DNA of 64,000 nucleotides from positions 181,206 to 245,205 of the forward strand of contig RHPI01001202.1 in assembly GCA_009103225.1 (NCBI GenBank), given 5' to 3'. Position 1 is the first letter of the stretch. Every line of letters begins with the position of its first letter. Both the position numbers and the translations under genes were made by a program. The DNA is from Chlorokybus atmophyticus. Taxonomy: Eukaryota > Plantae > Mesostigma and Chlorokybus algae. The notes beneath the pieces are model-generated. The model was not told the DNA's origin, did no database searches, and worked only from the letters and a program-made list of their open reading frames with translations. This document shows positions 61,835 through 64,000 of the stretch, piece by piece.

Positions 61835-64000
61835 TCACGTGGCAGTGCAGTGACCGTTCACCCAATACTTGCCCTCTTGTACACGGGCGATGTCCTTATC
61901 AAACATGAGGAGCAGCTGGACAATGCCTTTTACTTGCTTCAGAGTCACGATATCGAGATGTGGACCCCCTCGACGCTTTTCCCATTTCAGAGCGATGCAC
62001 TTTGTGTCGCCCGTCACATCCAGCTTCGTGTACCAGCGGACAAACATGACCTTCTTCCACACGCGCTCGCCGCTACCACCCCACACAACCATGTATCAAA
62101 AAAGGAGTGCCTGAGCCCACCACGTCACGTTTACAACGTCCTAATCACCTTCCCACTCAAGTGTAGAGAAACAAGGCCGCTCATGGAGCATCCCAGTTGC
62201 GCGCGCCATGCTGACTCCAAGTGTCATGTACACCACTGCGCATCCGTTTACCACGCGAACAGCACGCCACCCGTCGGCCAACTCCAGTTGTTCCCTCATC
62301 AACTAGCTGTCCAGGGTTGCAGGCAGCTTGTCGGCGAATCGAGTCTTCAGGGCGACTTGGCGACTACGCACAGTTGCGCTCCAGTACGGGCTGGACTCCC
62401 TTATTGTCAGCACATCCATCCGTAGCAACTTGTCCGTCTTCTCCATTACAATACAGCACTGCTGCCGTGCCTGCGCCATGTTCAAGCACATCTCGGGATC
62501 CACAACCATGCCATCCTCTCTGACATATTCCGCACAGCTCCACTCTTAAGATGCGCACCTGGTGGTCCCGGTTGTTGCCACCACGCGCCCACCGTTTGAT
62601 AATTTAGGCGTGCGTTTGCTCCATGCGGTTGGCTCTAAACCAATCTAGGTGTCCACTGCTGACAATTGCCGACCAAAAATGAGTGAGCTAATGCATCTTC
62701 TCGATCTTCCAACTTGACTTCTGCAGAATATGACGACAGTAGCGGATGCAACACTGCAGATTTCAAGGCAGCCAGCTCGCTATCGGTTGTGGTCAGGGTC
62801 TCTCTTGTGTGTTCATGCGCTTTGAGCAAACTTCTCGCGCCACTCGGCAAGCAATGCGGCGGCAATGGTGAAGGAATCGTTGCCCTTACTGTTGAGCAGC
62901 AATTCGTTTACAAGGATCGGCAGCAGGTGCGTCACCGCCACTTTCTCCACTTGAAAGGAGTGGTCGAACAGGAAGAAGTCTACTGTGCTTGTGGGTGCCT
63001 TGAAGTGCGAAACTCGTAGAGTTGCCTTGCATGCATTCATGTGCACATCTGCTTGTAAGCACCTGTAGTTGGCTTTTGGGTTCAACACAAAGTCAACACC
63101 AAAGACGTGCCTGACCTGCAGAATCTGTCTCATGGATGGACGCATGCATTTCTTTCGCAGCATCGTAAACAGCACGAAGCAGGTGGATAATGATGCCTCC
63201 CAGCACATGCATGGCGTCAGGGGCAGGGCGAGCAGTCAGCCCCCGGCACCCGCGACTGTCGCCACTCCCACAATGCATTTGGTTGCCAAACCACATTGCC
63301 TGGTTACACGGAAAGCCATTCATCTTTACGAATGCCGGTAATTTGACCATTACCTCCTTGACATATATGGAGTGCTGCTCTTTGAAAGCCTTGGCTGTCT
63401 GGCGTGCATTGCTAACACATCTATGCAGGTCCACCCGCAGTTGTTGTATTGCTGGTGTGTAGAAAGCCTCGGTTCTCAATTCCGCGTCCTCATCCATCTT
63501 CAACATATTTGACCTGGTGACAAGACAAACATCGCAAAAATGTCGTGTTTGGTTGCCCGACAGTGCATGCGATTGTGGCAGTCTTTTACAACATGACAAA
63601 CTCAGATGCTCCATTGACGACATCCTCCACTGTTTGCCGGCAGGCTGCAGTCATGCATGCCCACTATCTGCAAGTCGCTGATGTAGTTGGCAAGTGCGGG
63701 AAACACACAACACTCGATGCCATTTGGGTCGATGAGCTGCAGACCTTCCCAGCTCCCCTGCTTTACATCCCCTAACACTACATTTGAAGCATCATAGAAA
63801 TTCTTACGTTTTGAAATTGAGAACGATTCCTTGCGCTGCGCCCAGGTGGGATGCCCAGCCATTGCGTGAACCACCGGCAGAAGCGCTATTATAACAACCC
63901 CCATGTTGCTAGCATACATATTCAAACTGTGGTTGGCAAGCGATGCCATCAGAGGGTAGGCAGAGCGCTTGCCAGCACTGTCCGGCGTGGTCTTGTCATT
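61835..64000 (-). mobile_element. Plavaka-family (CACTA/EnSpm-related) DDE transposase, decayed; 5' part lies beyond the window
   Basis: NDKTTPDSAGKRSAYPLMASLAN...VIIALLP (first Asp); GLQLIDPNGIECCVFPALANYISD (second Asp); KIEKMH*LTHFWSAIVSSGHLDWFRANRMEQTHA*IIKRWAR (catalytic Glu region); C-terminal MFVRWY...LKWE...HLDIVTLKQVKGIVQLL.MF. Order and spacing follow the Plavaka pattern. Confidence 0.85.

Overview
Intron-rich eukaryotic nuclear DNA from a green-lineage organism, read with the standard genetic code. HY2, NdhS and a WIP/STOP1-like C2H2 factor point to a streptophyte alga (inference). Spliced genes reconstructed by hand: an ADPRM-type metallophosphoesterase, a LON N-terminal-domain protein, two convergent C/S-type bZIP paralogs (one interrupted by an in-frame TAA-TAG), HY2 bilin reductase, a small plastid membrane protein, proteasome beta-3 and NSE1 head-to-head, a C2H2 zinc-finger factor and USB1 head-to-head, and an F-box protein and NdhS head-to-head. 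Mobile DNA: an internally deleted chromodomain Ty3/Gypsy element with two LTRs (22728-27643), a Penelope-like RT scrap, and a decayed Plavaka/CACTA-like transposase (minus strand, running off the right edge). That transposase converges on a decayed multi-exon plus-strand gene with OTU, RING-like, PHD-like, Tudor and phage-type C5 cytosine DNA methyltransferase motifs; this cassette (about 55.4-64 kb) is the most unusual feature. No rRNA, intact tRNA or CRISPR array was seen. Family assignments rest on remembered motifs, not database searches, and all coordinates were read by eye.
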